From positions 337 to 64,336 of the forward strand of contig CANKZX010000002.1 in the NCBI GenBank assembly GCA_947488275.1: 64,000 nucleotides of DNA, written 5' to 3'. This document shows, piece after piece, positions 19,221 to 28,384 of the stretch. The position numbers were made by a program, and so were the translations under genes. The notes under the pieces were generated by a model that worked only from the letters and a program-made list of their open reading frames with translations, had not been told where the DNA came from and searched no databases. Each line of letters begins with the position of its first letter. Position 1 is the first letter of the stretch. The stretch is from Alphaproteobacteria bacterium (GTDB lineage Bacteria; Pseudomonadota; Alphaproteobacteria; Paracaedibacterales; CAIOTO01).

Positions 19221-20495
19221 ATGTCAAACGATCAATTTTTTGAAGGCTCACTATCAAATGCTGATCCTTTGGTTTTGCAAGCCATTGAAAACGAATGGCA
19301 TCGTCAGCGTGACCAAGTCGAACTTATTGCCTCTGAAAATTATGTTTCACGTGCTGTGCTCGAGGCACAAGGCTCTCTCATGACAAATAAGTATGCCGAA
19401 GGGTATGCTGGGCGCCGTTATTATTTTGGATGTGAACATGTTGATGTTGTCGAATCACTTGCTATTCATCGGTTAAAACAACTGTTTAATTGCAATTTTG
19501 CCAATGTTCAACCTCATTCAGGCTCGCAAGCAAATCAAGCCGTTTTTTTAGCCCTCCTTAATGCGGGCGATACATTTCTTGGGCTATCGCTGAGTGCAGG
19601 TGGGCATTTAACGCATGGATCGCCAGTCAATCAATCAGGAAAATGGTTTAATGCGGTAAGTTATGGCGTCCATCCTGAAACGCATACGATTGATTATGAT
19701 GAGGTTCAGTATCTTGCCGATCAACACAAACCCAAATTAATTATTGCAGGCGGATCAGCCTATCCCCGCACCATTGATTTTGCACGTTTTCGCCAAATTG
19801 CCGATAGCGTTGGCGCCTATCTTATGGTTGATATGGCGCATTTTGCAGGTCTCGTCGCAGGCGATGCCTATCCATCCCCTATTCCTCATGCCCATGTCGT
19901 TACATCCACAACACACAAAACGTTGCGTGGTCCACGTGGCGGTATTATCCTAACAAATGATGAAGAAATCGCGAAAAAAATTAATTCAGCCGTATTTCCT
20001 GGTCTTCAAGGCGGTCCGTTAATGCATATTATTGCGGCGAAAGCCGTCGCGTTTGGCGAAGCACTTAAACCTGAATTTAAAACATACGTTCATCACGTTG
20101 TTGAAAATACAAAGGCAATGGGACGTGTTCTTATTGATGAAGGTTTTGCACTAGTTTCAGGTGGCACAGATTCCCATGTGTTGCTGGTTGATTTAAGACC
20201 TGTTAATGTTTCAGGTAAAGACGCAGCAACCGTTTTGGATCATGCGCGCATGACGTGTAATAAAAATAGTGTACCAAATGACCCAACACCGCCAACCATT
20301 ACGTCAGGCATTCGCCTGGGCGCAGCAGCCTGTACAACACGTGGATTTGGGGTTAATGAATTTGAAACAGTCGGTCATCTTATTGCTAAAATTGTGAAAG
20401 CAGAATCGATGGGGCGCGCCGATTCAGTGATAGAATCTGTTCGGCAAGATGCCAAGGCATTATTGGATACTTACCCCATTTATCAAAAGGTCTAA
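19221..20495 (+). CDS. glyA: serine hydroxymethyltransferase
   Basis: [49 protein letters not shown] (PLP-lysine block). Confidence 0.97.
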   Translation: MSNDQFFEGSLSNADPLVLQAIENEWHRQRDQVELIASENYVSRAVLEAQGSLMTNKYAEGYAGRRYYFGCEHVDVVESLAIHRLKQLFNCNFANVQPHSGSQANQAVFLALLNAGDTFLGLSLSAGGHLTHGSPVNQSGKWFNAVSYGVHPETHTIDYDEVQYLADQHKPKLIIAGGSAYPRTIDFARFRQIADSVGAYLMVDMAHFAGLVAGDAYPSPIPHAHVVTSTTHKTLRGPRGGIILTNDEEIAKKINSAVFPGLQGGPLMHIIAAKAVAFGEALKPEFKTYVHHVVENTKAMGRVLIDEGFALVSGGTDSHVLLVDLRPVNVSGKDAATVLDHARMTCNKNSVPNDPTPPTITSGIRLGAAACTTRGFGVNEFETVGHLIAKIVKAESMGRADSVIESVRQDAKALLDTYPIYQKV

Positions 20496-20501
20496 CATTA
20501 A

Positions 20502-20999
20502 ATGCGATGCCCGTTTTGCAACCACAGCGATACATCGGTTAAAGATTCTCGTACAACGGACGATCAGTCGGCAATTCGAAGACGCCGTGTATGTGGGGAA
20601 TGTGGATCACGTTTCACAACGTTTGAACGTATTCAGCTTCGTGAGTTATTCGTTATTAAAAAAAATGGTGAACATGTACCGTTTGATCGTGATAAATTGG
20701 TACGATCTGTATCATCTGCCATGCACAAACATTCGATTGACCCTGAAAAAATTGAACGCGTCATTTCCAGCACAATTCGGCAACTTGAAACCAGCGGCGA
20801 AACTGAAATCTCAACACGCCTTATTGGGGATATGGTTCTGCAATCCCTCTTCAATCTCGATTTAGTAGCCTATGTCCGTTTTGCAAGCATCTATAAAGAA
20901 TTTTCAAATGCCCAAGATTTTATTGATCTTATCTCACGCATGGAACATGAAGAAACACTTGAAACAACACATCATAACCATCATTCAAACGCACCATAA
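20502..20999 (+). CDS. nrdR: transcriptional repressor NrdR
   Basis: MRCPFCNHSDTSVKDSR...RRRRVCGECGSRFTTFE zinc ribbon plus ATP-cone. Confidence 0.95.
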   Translation: MRCPFCNHSDTSVKDSRTTDDQSAIRRRRVCGECGSRFTTFERIQLRELFVIKKNGEHVPFDRDKLVRSVSSAMHKHSIDPEKIERVISSTIRQLETSGETEISTRLIGDMVLQSLFNLDLVAYVRFASIYKEFSNAQDFIDLISRMEHEETLETTHHNHHSNAP

Positions 21000-21007
21000 A
21001 GGTTGAT

Positions 21008-22267
21008 ATGGATCTTCTTATTTTAGCAACGATTATTATATTTATTAGTATTTCATCGTTTTTCTCAGCATGCGAGACCGCCATAACAGCGGCATCAAAA
21101 GCACGATTTCACCAACTTGCCAAGGAAGGTGACACACGTGCCGAAATCATCCGTCACTTTCAGCAAAATTTAGGGTACGCTATTAGCGTTTTCATTAGCT
21201 GTAATATTATGCTAAACGCCTGGGCTGTAGGGCTTACAACAAAATTATTTATCAAATTTCTGGGTGAACAAGGGGGCGAACTTGCCGCTACCTTTATGGG
21301 TATTGTTATCGTTGTCTATGCTGAAGTAATGCCCAAAATGCTAGCTATCATTTATTCTGAAACACTTTTATTGCGATCCGCGCGTTTTTTACGTGTTGTA
21401 TTTAATCTATTTCGTCCATGCAATCATGCCATTCATTGGATAGCCCGCAAAAGTGTCGGTTTATTTGGTCTCAAAACGACGCAATCAGAATCCGATTATG
21501 AAGCATCTGTTGAAGAATTACGCGGTGCAATTGATTTACATACAGGTGAAAATCAAGACGTCGTTCAAGAAAAAGCCATGCTGAAAAGTATTTTAGACCT
21601 TGGTTCTGTGCAAGTTGGTGAAATTATGGTGCACCGCAAAAATGTCACGATGCTAAATGCGGATGATTCCCTTGATTCGATCGTTGATCAAGTTCTAGCA
21701 TCCCCTTTCACACGCCTTCCTTTATGGCGAGGGAATCTGGATAATGTGATTGGCATTGTCAATGCGAAAGCTTTATTACGTGCTGTGCGATCAAAACCAT
21801 TAGCAACCGCCAATCTAACAATTGAATCAATCGCAACTAAACCATGGTTTGTGCCAGAAAGCACTGATTTGTTGGATCAATTGCAGGCATTCCGTACGCG
21901 TCGCGAACATTTCTCCCTTGTGGTTGATGAATATGGCGTACTGCTGGGGATTGTAACGTTGGAAGATATTTTAGAAGAAATCGTTGGTGACATTACAGAC
22001 GAACATGATATTGCCGTCCGCGGCATTCGACCGCAAACGGATGGATCATATATCGTTGATGGTGATGTGACTCTACGTGATTTAAACAGGCAGTTGGATT
22101 GGGATTTACCTGATGAAGATGCGTCAACTCTTGCAGGTTTTATGCTTTATGAAACGCGTACGATTCCAGACGTTGGACAGATATTTAGTTTTCATGGATT
22201 TCAATTTGAAATTATGCGCCGTCAGCGCAATCAAATTACTTTGGTTAAGATTAGACGTGTTTTATAG
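21008..22267 (+). CDS. CNNM/HlyC-CorC family transporter (TM domain + CBS pair + CorC_HlyC)
   Basis: DUF21-like TM N-terminus, CBS-pair region (VGEIMVHRKNV...), C-terminal HGFQFEIMRRQRNQI transporter-associated domain. Confidence 0.85.
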   Translation: MDLLILATIIIFISISSFFSACETAITAASKARFHQLAKEGDTRAEIIRHFQQNLGYAISVFISCNIMLNAWAVGLTTKLFIKFLGEQGGELAATFMGIVIVVYAEVMPKMLAIIYSETLLLRSARFLRVVFNLFRPCNHAIHWIARKSVGLFGLKTTQSESDYEASVEELRGAIDLHTGENQDVVQEKAMLKSILDLGSVQVGEIMVHRKNVTMLNADDSLDSIVDQVLASPFTRLPLWRGNLDNVIGIVNAKALLRAVRSKPLATANLTIESIATKPWFVPESTDLLDQLQAFRTRREHFSLVVDEYGVLLGIVTLEDILEEIVGDITDEHDIAVRGIRPQTDGSYIVDGDVTLRDLNRQLDWDLPDEDASTLAGFMLYETRTIPDVGQIFSFHGFQFEIMRRQRNQITLVKIRRVL

Positions 22268-22378
22268 ATCAAAACGGCTTACCACTATGAACTGACATAA
22301 AAATATCTTGGTCTACCCCTAAGTGCTGCGTATACTACCAATAACAAGACATTTTTTATTGAAACGGGTGCATCAGTT

Positions 22379-23152
22379 ATGTTTTTCATTCAACGAATAG
22401 GGCAAGCAACACAGTTATTCCTTGCGATGTTTGGTCGTGTTGCCCATTTTTTCTTATCTACGTTGTTTATGGCATTTCGTCCGCCTTGGTATTTTAAGCA
22501 GATTTTCAAACAATTTATTCAGATTGGTTTTTTCTCACTCCCTGTTGTGGGTTTAACGGCTTTTTTCACAGGAATGGTTTTAGCGCTTCAAAGCTATACG
22601 GGGTTCTCACGTTTCCAGGCAGAGGGTGCCGTTGCAACAGTTGTTGTGTTATCCATGACACGCGAACTTGGACCTGTGTTGGCGGGGCTAATGGTGGCAG
22701 GGCGTGTTGGGGCAGCTATGGCGGCTGAAATTGGCACCATGCGTGTGACAGAACAAATCGATGCGCTTGTAACACTCTCAACCAGTCCCTTTAAATACCT
22801 TGTGTTTCCCCGTTTGATATCAGGTTTAATCACGATGCCGTTCCTTGTGTTGGTGGCGGATAGTATTGGCGTATTTGGTGGGTATTTAGTTGGTGTCTAT
22901 AAGCTTGGATTTAATTCAGCTATGTACATGGAGCAAACGCTGAAATTTTTGGAAATGCAGGATGTTTTATCAGGGCTGATTAAAGCAGCTGTATTTGGTG
23001 TGTTGATCACATTGATGGGATGTTATCATGGTTATCAGTCAGGGCGCGGCGCTGAGGGTGTGGGACGCGCAACCACCAATGCCGTTGTGACATCATCAAT
23101 CATGATTTTATTTATGAATTATGCGCTGACAGCGTTGTTGTTTGTGAAATAA
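22379..23152 (+). CDS. mlaE: MlaE-family lipid ABC transporter permease
   Basis: Typical MlaE blocks: LSMTRELGPVLAGLMVAGRVGAAMAAEIGTMRVTEQIDAL, GAEGVGRATTNAVV. Confidence 0.85.
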   Translation: MFFIQRIGQATQLFLAMFGRVAHFFLSTLFMAFRPPWYFKQIFKQFIQIGFFSLPVVGLTAFFTGMVLALQSYTGFSRFQAEGAVATVVVLSMTRELGPVLAGLMVAGRVGAAMAAEIGTMRVTEQIDALVTLSTSPFKYLVFPRLISGLITMPFLVLVADSIGVFGGYLVGVYKLGFNSAMYMEQTLKFLEMQDVLSGLIKAAVFGVLITLMGCYHGYQSGRGAEGVGRATTNAVVTSSIMILFMNYALTALLFVK

Positions 23153-23165
23153 GTGTGGGCGGCTA

Positions 23166-23573
23166 ATGACATTAATTGATGGAATTAACATTGATTCACT
23201 GCTGAAAGCTTTTTCTAAATTTGATGAATTTCGGCAGCATACATCAACAGAACAAGAAAAGGCAGGTACGATTCATGCATTTGAGTATTGTTTTGAACTT
23301 ACGTGGAAAACAATGAAACGATTGCTTAATGTTCGGGGGCAAATTGCCAATTCCCCGCGTGAGGTGATTCGTTTGGCTGCACTAGAAAATTTTATTGATG
23401 ATCCTGAACGTTGGTTTGATTTTCTTAAAAAACGCAATATGACCACACATACGTATGATGAAAAAGAAGCAGAGGCGGTTTTATCCATTTTGACGGATTT
23501 TGCGTCAGAAATGGAAATATTTTTTGATAGGATTAAAGTAGAATCAAATGTTTATCGAAGAAAAACACCTTAG
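23166..23573 (+). CDS. HEPN-domain protein, HI0074/NTase-substrate-binding family (HepT-like toxin)
   Basis: HAFEYCFELTWKTMKRLL block and the Rx4-6H motif KRNMTTHTYD. Confidence 0.8.
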   Translation: MTLIDGINIDSLLKAFSKFDEFRQHTSTEQEKAGTIHAFEYCFELTWKTMKRLLNVRGQIANSPREVIRLAALENFIDDPERWFDFLKKRNMTTHTYDEKEAEAVLSILTDFASEMEIFFDRIKVESNVYRRKTP

Positions 23574-23883
23574 AATTATTAACGCTATTTTAGCAAAATA
23601 CCCATATACCTTTTATGTGTTTGGATCACGCGTCAAAGGAACATCTAAAAAATTTTCCGACCTTGATTTGTGTTTTATTGAAAAAATTCCAGACAGTGAA
23701 CAAAATAGGCTTGAAGCTGATTTTGAAGAATCAGATTTGCCGTATAAAGTTGATCTACTTGATTGGTATCAATGTGATGAAGCGTTCCAACACTTAATTT
23801 ACCCTGATTTATACCTTTTTCAACTTGGGGAAAATGAAGAAAAATTGAGCATAATACCGATAAAAAACGGCATCTACAAATAA
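23548..23883 (+). CDS. minimal nucleotidyltransferase (MNT, MntA-like antitoxin)
   Basis: GSx10DxD motif FGSRVKGTSKKFSDLDLCF. Overlaps the upstream HEPN gene by 26 nt. Confidence 0.8.
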   Translation: MFIEEKHLRIINAILAKYPYTFYVFGSRVKGTSKKFSDLDLCFIEKIPDSEQNRLEADFEESDLPYKVDLLDWYQCDEAFQHLIYPDLYLFQLGENEEKLSIIPIKNGIYK

Positions 23884-24045
23884 TCGATATTGACTGTAGT
23901 ATCGAATTGAGGTTAATAAAAGTAGATCTTTATCTAAAAAGATCCCTTATGACTCTGTCAAATTATTTTTACAAAAACTTGCACACTGCGTTATATTATG
24001 CATATATGAATATAAATTATAAAATAAATTTTTAGGGATAATTCA

Positions 24046-25923
24046 ATGAATGTTAAATCTTACTTAAAACTAATAATACTAATACTGACGTTAACATCGT
24101 ATTGTTGTGCGGCGTTTATCGATACGATTGCGCGAAATCATACCGATCGGCAACGTGTGTATAATGGCGATTATTTTAACAGCGCTCGTCCGATCTATGC
24201 GTACACAAATGAAAATAACGAATTATTACGCGATGAAAGCAAGGTTAATCCAAATCGTGGCGCAAGTCAGGCTGAGAAAGAAAAAATTGCAACAGCTGTG
24301 TTTGGCGCAGCATGGACTGATTTAATGATTGATTGTGAGCAGCGGTTAACACCAGATGCTATGATTCAAGCGCGCAAATATCACAACCCATATAATGACG
24401 TTATTGATGGGCACGTTCAGGTAAAAAATCATCGTTTAAAAAGCCATTTTCAGATTTTGTATTGGCTAGATACATTGGCGCGTTTTGTTGTACAAGACCT
24501 GATTAATAAACAAGGGCAGGTTATTGACGCGGATTATTTAAATCAGTTTGATTGTTATAATAGTCTTTCTAATCTTTATAGTTTTGCTGGTTTTGAAAAA
24601 CAAACAATTGCAGGTTGGCTTGATTCCGTTCACGAGAGTCATAAAATTGGGCTAAACACACGAAAAGCTGAAGCTGAAGTGAATCTTGCTGCGCTAAACC
24701 TTACTAAACAGAACAAAGCTGCGATAATAATTCAACGACTTGGACGCGGACATTTAGCGAGGTCTGAAATCAACAAGCGTCATCTAATTGCACAAGAAGA
24801 GGCGATTCGTGCAGCGCACTTGGTTGAAGTGCGAGAGAAAGCACGAATGCTTTTGGACAGGAGTGAACTTGCTAGCATTGAAAGATCAGAAATTATACCT
24901 GAGCTAGTTGACGCATTCTGTGAAATCGTAGCACAAGAGCATCCCACACAAAGATTTGATGCTGCCATTATGTTGCTGAGTGATATGATTGAAATTGACA
25001 CAATGACAGCGGAAGTTTTAAATCGCGGAAGGATTATTGCAAGGAACGCTTTAACCGAGATTGCTGAACGTGCCTCTGCTAGAGATTATAACCCGAATAA
25101 TGAACCAATCAATCCATTATTTGCAGCATACATTCTCAATCACTATCCAATAGCTGTGAGTACAGGGAGAGACCGACAACCACCCTTTAATTTACTTAGG
25201 TTTAGAGATGAAAAAAATAAATTATTAATTTCAGGAAGCCCTATCAATAGCACTGGGCGGTTTCTATCTATTAAGGAAACGAACATTGAGATGTATGAAT
25301 GTTTTAACGTAATGGCACATAGCACGCACAGAACAAACGAAAGAGCAGCATGCGAGTTACTTTATTGTTTATGTGATCCCGATCCCTTTCGGTATTTTGC
25401 TTCGGCTAAAGCGTCATTAGAAACTATGAAACGCCAGAGTATATTAAAAGAAGTGGCAGCTGCAGAAATATTACGCGAAAAAACACCGGTTGACGACACT
25501 GAGGGTGATATGCCTTTTTATGATGCTATCAAAAAAATGCGTTTACGGCCCCAATTGTATCCTCTGGTGTTTGATGCAGTGATTGCGATTTCGCTTTACC
25601 AAGACCATCCAAAGTGGGATATAGCAATTAACCCAGATGCCAAAAAAGGTTCTGCCCAAAGAACACTTGTTAGTGATCTGCATATTTATGCTCCATTAGC
25701 ATTGAGACTGAATCCCATGAACGATATTCTGCGAGAAAATTCAGCAATATTAGGCGATGATCTTTTTTATAGGAGATATGTGGGTTATGCTCAAACAGAC
25801 GGTTGGAGAGATTACCTTGATAACCCCTCCGTTTTTGATGAAATAATGAAACATCAAATTATGTCAGGTCCTGTAGGAAAAGTTTATGAGCACCTATTAA
25901 ATCCTCCGTTTTTGATGAAATAA
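24046..25923 (+). CDS. signal-peptide protein: family N-domain plus one IQ motif plus unknown C-domain (paralog 1)
   Basis: N-terminal hydrophobic segment. IQRLGRGHLAR at aa 229-239. About 2.26-kb tandem paralog downstream. Confidence 0.85.
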   Translation: MNVKSYLKLIILILTLTSYCCAAFIDTIARNHTDRQRVYNGDYFNSARPIYAYTNENNELLRDESKVNPNRGASQAEKEKIATAVFGAAWTDLMIDCEQRLTPDAMIQARKYHNPYNDVIDGHVQVKNHRLKSHFQILYWLDTLARFVVQDLINKQGQVIDADYLNQFDCYNSLSNLYSFAGFEKQTIAGWLDSVHESHKIGLNTRKAEAEVNLAALNLTKQNKAAIIIQRLGRGHLARSEINKRHLIAQEEAIRAAHLVEVREKARMLLDRSELASIERSEIIPELVDAFCEIVAQEHPTQRFDAAIMLLSDMIEIDTMTAEVLNRGRIIARNALTEIAERASARDYNPNNEPINPLFAAYILNHYPIAVSTGRDRQPPFNLLRFRDEKNKLLISGSPINSTGRFLSIKETNIEMYECFNVMAHSTHRTNERAACELLYCLCDPDPFRYFASAKASLETMKRQSILKEVAAAEILREKTPVDDTEGDMPFYDAIKKMRLRPQLYPLVFDAVIAISLYQDHPKWDIAINPDAKKGSAQRTLVSDLHIYAPLALRLNPMNDILRENSAILGDDLFYRRYVGYAQTDGWRDYLDNPSVFDEIMKHQIMSGPVGKVYEHLLNPPFLMK

Positions 25924-25969
25924 TGAAACGTCAAATTATGTCAGGTCCTGTAGGAAAAGTTTATGAACG

Positions 25970-26174
25970 CCATTCAGCCTTACGGTGAACAAGAACCTAT
26001 AGTTTCCATCATGGCGAGCCAGCGTAAACTGGTGTGGTCAATCCAGAAAAATAATATTTCTGAGTAAAATAGCCGCTGCTGAAATAACAGCCACTGGATC
26101 GTCACGGAGCAATGCTCCTTGTGATGACAGCAAAAAACATATAGGACTTTCTATTATCTCACCCCGAATTGAGG
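25970..26174. repeat. double-hairpin intergenic repeat element, copy C (inverted relative to A)
   Basis: CATCATGGCGAGCCAGCGTAAACTGGTGTGGTCAATCCAGAAAAATA ... CAGCCACTGGATCGTCACGGAGCAATGCTCCTTGTGATGAC ... CACCCCGAATTGAGG. Confidence 0.75.
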
Positions 26175-26307
26175 TTAATAAAAGTAGATCTTTATCTAAA
26201 AAGATCCCTTATGACTCTGTCAAATTATTTTTACAAAAACTTGCACACTGCGTTATATTATGCATATATGAATATAAATTATAAAATAACTTGTTAGGGG
26301 TAATTCA

Positions 26308-28302
26308 ATGAATTTTAAATTCCACTTAAAACTAATAATAATACTGACGTTAACATCGTATTGTTGTGCGGCGTTTATCGATACGATTGCGCGAAATCAC
26401 ACCGATCGGCAACGTGTGTATAATGGGGATTATGTTGACAACGCTCGTCTGATCAATGCGTACACAAATGAAAATAACGAATTATTACGCGATGAAAGCA
26501 AGGTTAATCCAAATCGTGGCGCAAGTCAGGCTGAGAAAGAAAAAATTGCAACAGCTGTGTTTGGTGCAGCGTGGACTGATTTAATGATTGATTGCTGTCA
26601 ATTAACACCAGATGCTATGATTCAAGCGCGTACGTATCATAATCCATATAATGAAGTTATTGATGGTCGCGTTCAGGTAAAAAATCATCGTTTAAAAAAT
26701 CATTTTCAGATTTTGTATTGGTTAGATACGTTGGCGCGTTTTGTTGTACAAGACATGATTCATACGCCAAGAGAAGTTATTGATACGAATTATTTAAGTC
26801 AATTTGATGATTATAATGGTCTTTCTGATCTTTATGATTTTGCTGGTTTTGAAAAACAAACAGTTGCAAATTGGCTTAATTCTGTTCACGAAAATCATAA
26901 GATTGGATTCAACACACGTAAAGCTGAAGCTGAAGTGAATCTTGCTGCGCTAAACCTTACTAAACAGAACAAAGCTGCGATAACAATTCAGCGATTTGAA
27001 CGTGGATATTTAGCGAGATCTGAAATCAAGAAGCATCATCTGATTGCACAAGAAAAGGTGGCTCGTACAAAAAAAGCTGCGATAGCAATTCAGCGACTTG
27101 GACGCGGACATTTAGTGAGATCTGAAATCAAAAAGCATCATCTGATTGCACAAGAAAAGGCAGCTCGTGCAGCAGCATTAATCGAAGTGCGCGCGCAAGC
27201 AGAAGTGCTTTTGAATAGCAAGGTATTTGCTGATATTGAAATATCAAAAATTACACCAGGGCTATTTGACGCATTCTGTGAAATCGCGGAACAAGCGCAT
27301 TCTGAACAAAGATTTGATGCTGCCATTATGTTGTTGAGTGATATGATTGGGGCTGAAACAGTGACAATGGAAGCCTCAGATAGGGGAAAGGCTATTGCGA
27401 GGAACGCTTTAACCGAGATTGCTGAACGTGCTTCTGCTACAGATTATGACCCGAATAGGGAGTCAAGCAACCCACTGTTTGCGGCATACATTCTCAATCA
27501 CTATCCAATGGCTACGACCGACGTTATGAGTACAGGAGGAGAGCTGCCGCTGCCCTTTAATTTACTTAGGTTTAGAGATGAAAAAAATAAAGTCTTAACT
27601 GGAGAAACAATTACTGTTAGCGGCGCAATGAAACCTTTATCTATTAAGAATACAAACATTGAGACGTATGAATGTTTTAACGTAATATCACATAGCACCC
27701 ACAAAAAAAACGTAAATGCTGTATACGAGTTACTTTATTGCTTATGTGATGCTAATCCCTTTCGCTATTTCGATTCGGCTAAAGCGTCATTAGAAGCTAT
27801 TAAACGCAGTAATCACGAGAGGATATTAGCACAAGTGGCGGCTGTAGAAACATTACGTGAGAAAACGCCATATGACGACCATGAAGGTGAAACACCTTAT
27901 TTTAATGCTATTAAAGCAATAATGCCTGCACCTCAATTGTATCCTCTGGTGTTTGATGCAGTGATTGCTATTTCCCTTGACCAAAATCATCCAAAGTGGA
28001 ACATGGCAATTAATCCAAGTGCTGCCAAAAATACTAGAGAAAATATACTTAACACCGATTTGCATATTTATTCAAGAGTAGCATGGAGAGTGAATCCCAT
28101 GAAAAATATTCTGAAAGAAATTTCAGCAATATTGGGTGATAATATTTTTTATGAGCGATACTTGGGTTATACTAAGAAGGATGGTTGTCATGAACTCCTT
28201 ATACCCTCAAATTCTGATGAAACAATAGAAATCCAAATTAGATCAGGTCCTTTAGGAATATTTTATGAATTCCTACTAAACCCTCCATTTTTGATAAAAT
28301 AA
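26308..28302 (+). CDS. signal-peptide protein: family N-domain plus two IQ motifs plus unknown C-domain (paralog 2)
   Basis: Collinear with 24046..25923. IQRFERGYLAR and IQRLGRGHLVR lie in a 34-aa (102-bp) internal tandem duplication. Confidence 0.85.
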   Translation: MNFKFHLKLIIILTLTSYCCAAFIDTIARNHTDRQRVYNGDYVDNARLINAYTNENNELLRDESKVNPNRGASQAEKEKIATAVFGAAWTDLMIDCCQLTPDAMIQARTYHNPYNEVIDGRVQVKNHRLKNHFQILYWLDTLARFVVQDMIHTPREVIDTNYLSQFDDYNGLSDLYDFAGFEKQTVANWLNSVHENHKIGFNTRKAEAEVNLAALNLTKQNKAAITIQRFERGYLARSEIKKHHLIAQEKVARTKKAAIAIQRLGRGHLVRSEIKKHHLIAQEKAARAAALIEVRAQAEVLLNSKVFADIEISKITPGLFDAFCEIAEQAHSEQRFDAAIMLLSDMIGAETVTMEASDRGKAIARNALTEIAERASATDYDPNRESSNPLFAAYILNHYPMATTDVMSTGGELPLPFNLLRFRDEKNKVLTGETITVSGAMKPLSIKNTNIETYECFNVISHSTHKKNVNAVYELLYCLCDANPFRYFDSAKASLEAIKRSNHERILAQVAAVETLREKTPYDDHEGETPYFNAIKAIMPAPQLYPLVFDAVIAISLDQNHPKWNMAINPSAAKNTRENILNTDLHIYSRVAWRVNPMKNILKEISAILGDNIFYERYLGYTKKDGCHELLIPSNSDETIEIQIRSGPLGIFYEFLLNPPFLIK

Positions 28303-28384
28303 TAAAAAGCCAAATTAGATCAGGTTCTTTAAGAATATTTTTTAATTGAGTGAGGTTGTGAGTGTGAGTTGTTTCTGCATAGCG

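Noticed and set aside
18932-19222. 96-aa minus-strand ORF, and a shorter 57-aa version from ATG 19102
   Set aside because: The long form runs through tRNA-Thr (19121-19195). The short form is largely encoded by a copy of the hairpin repeat (18954-19062), like the other repeat-derived ORFs. No RBS or family support.
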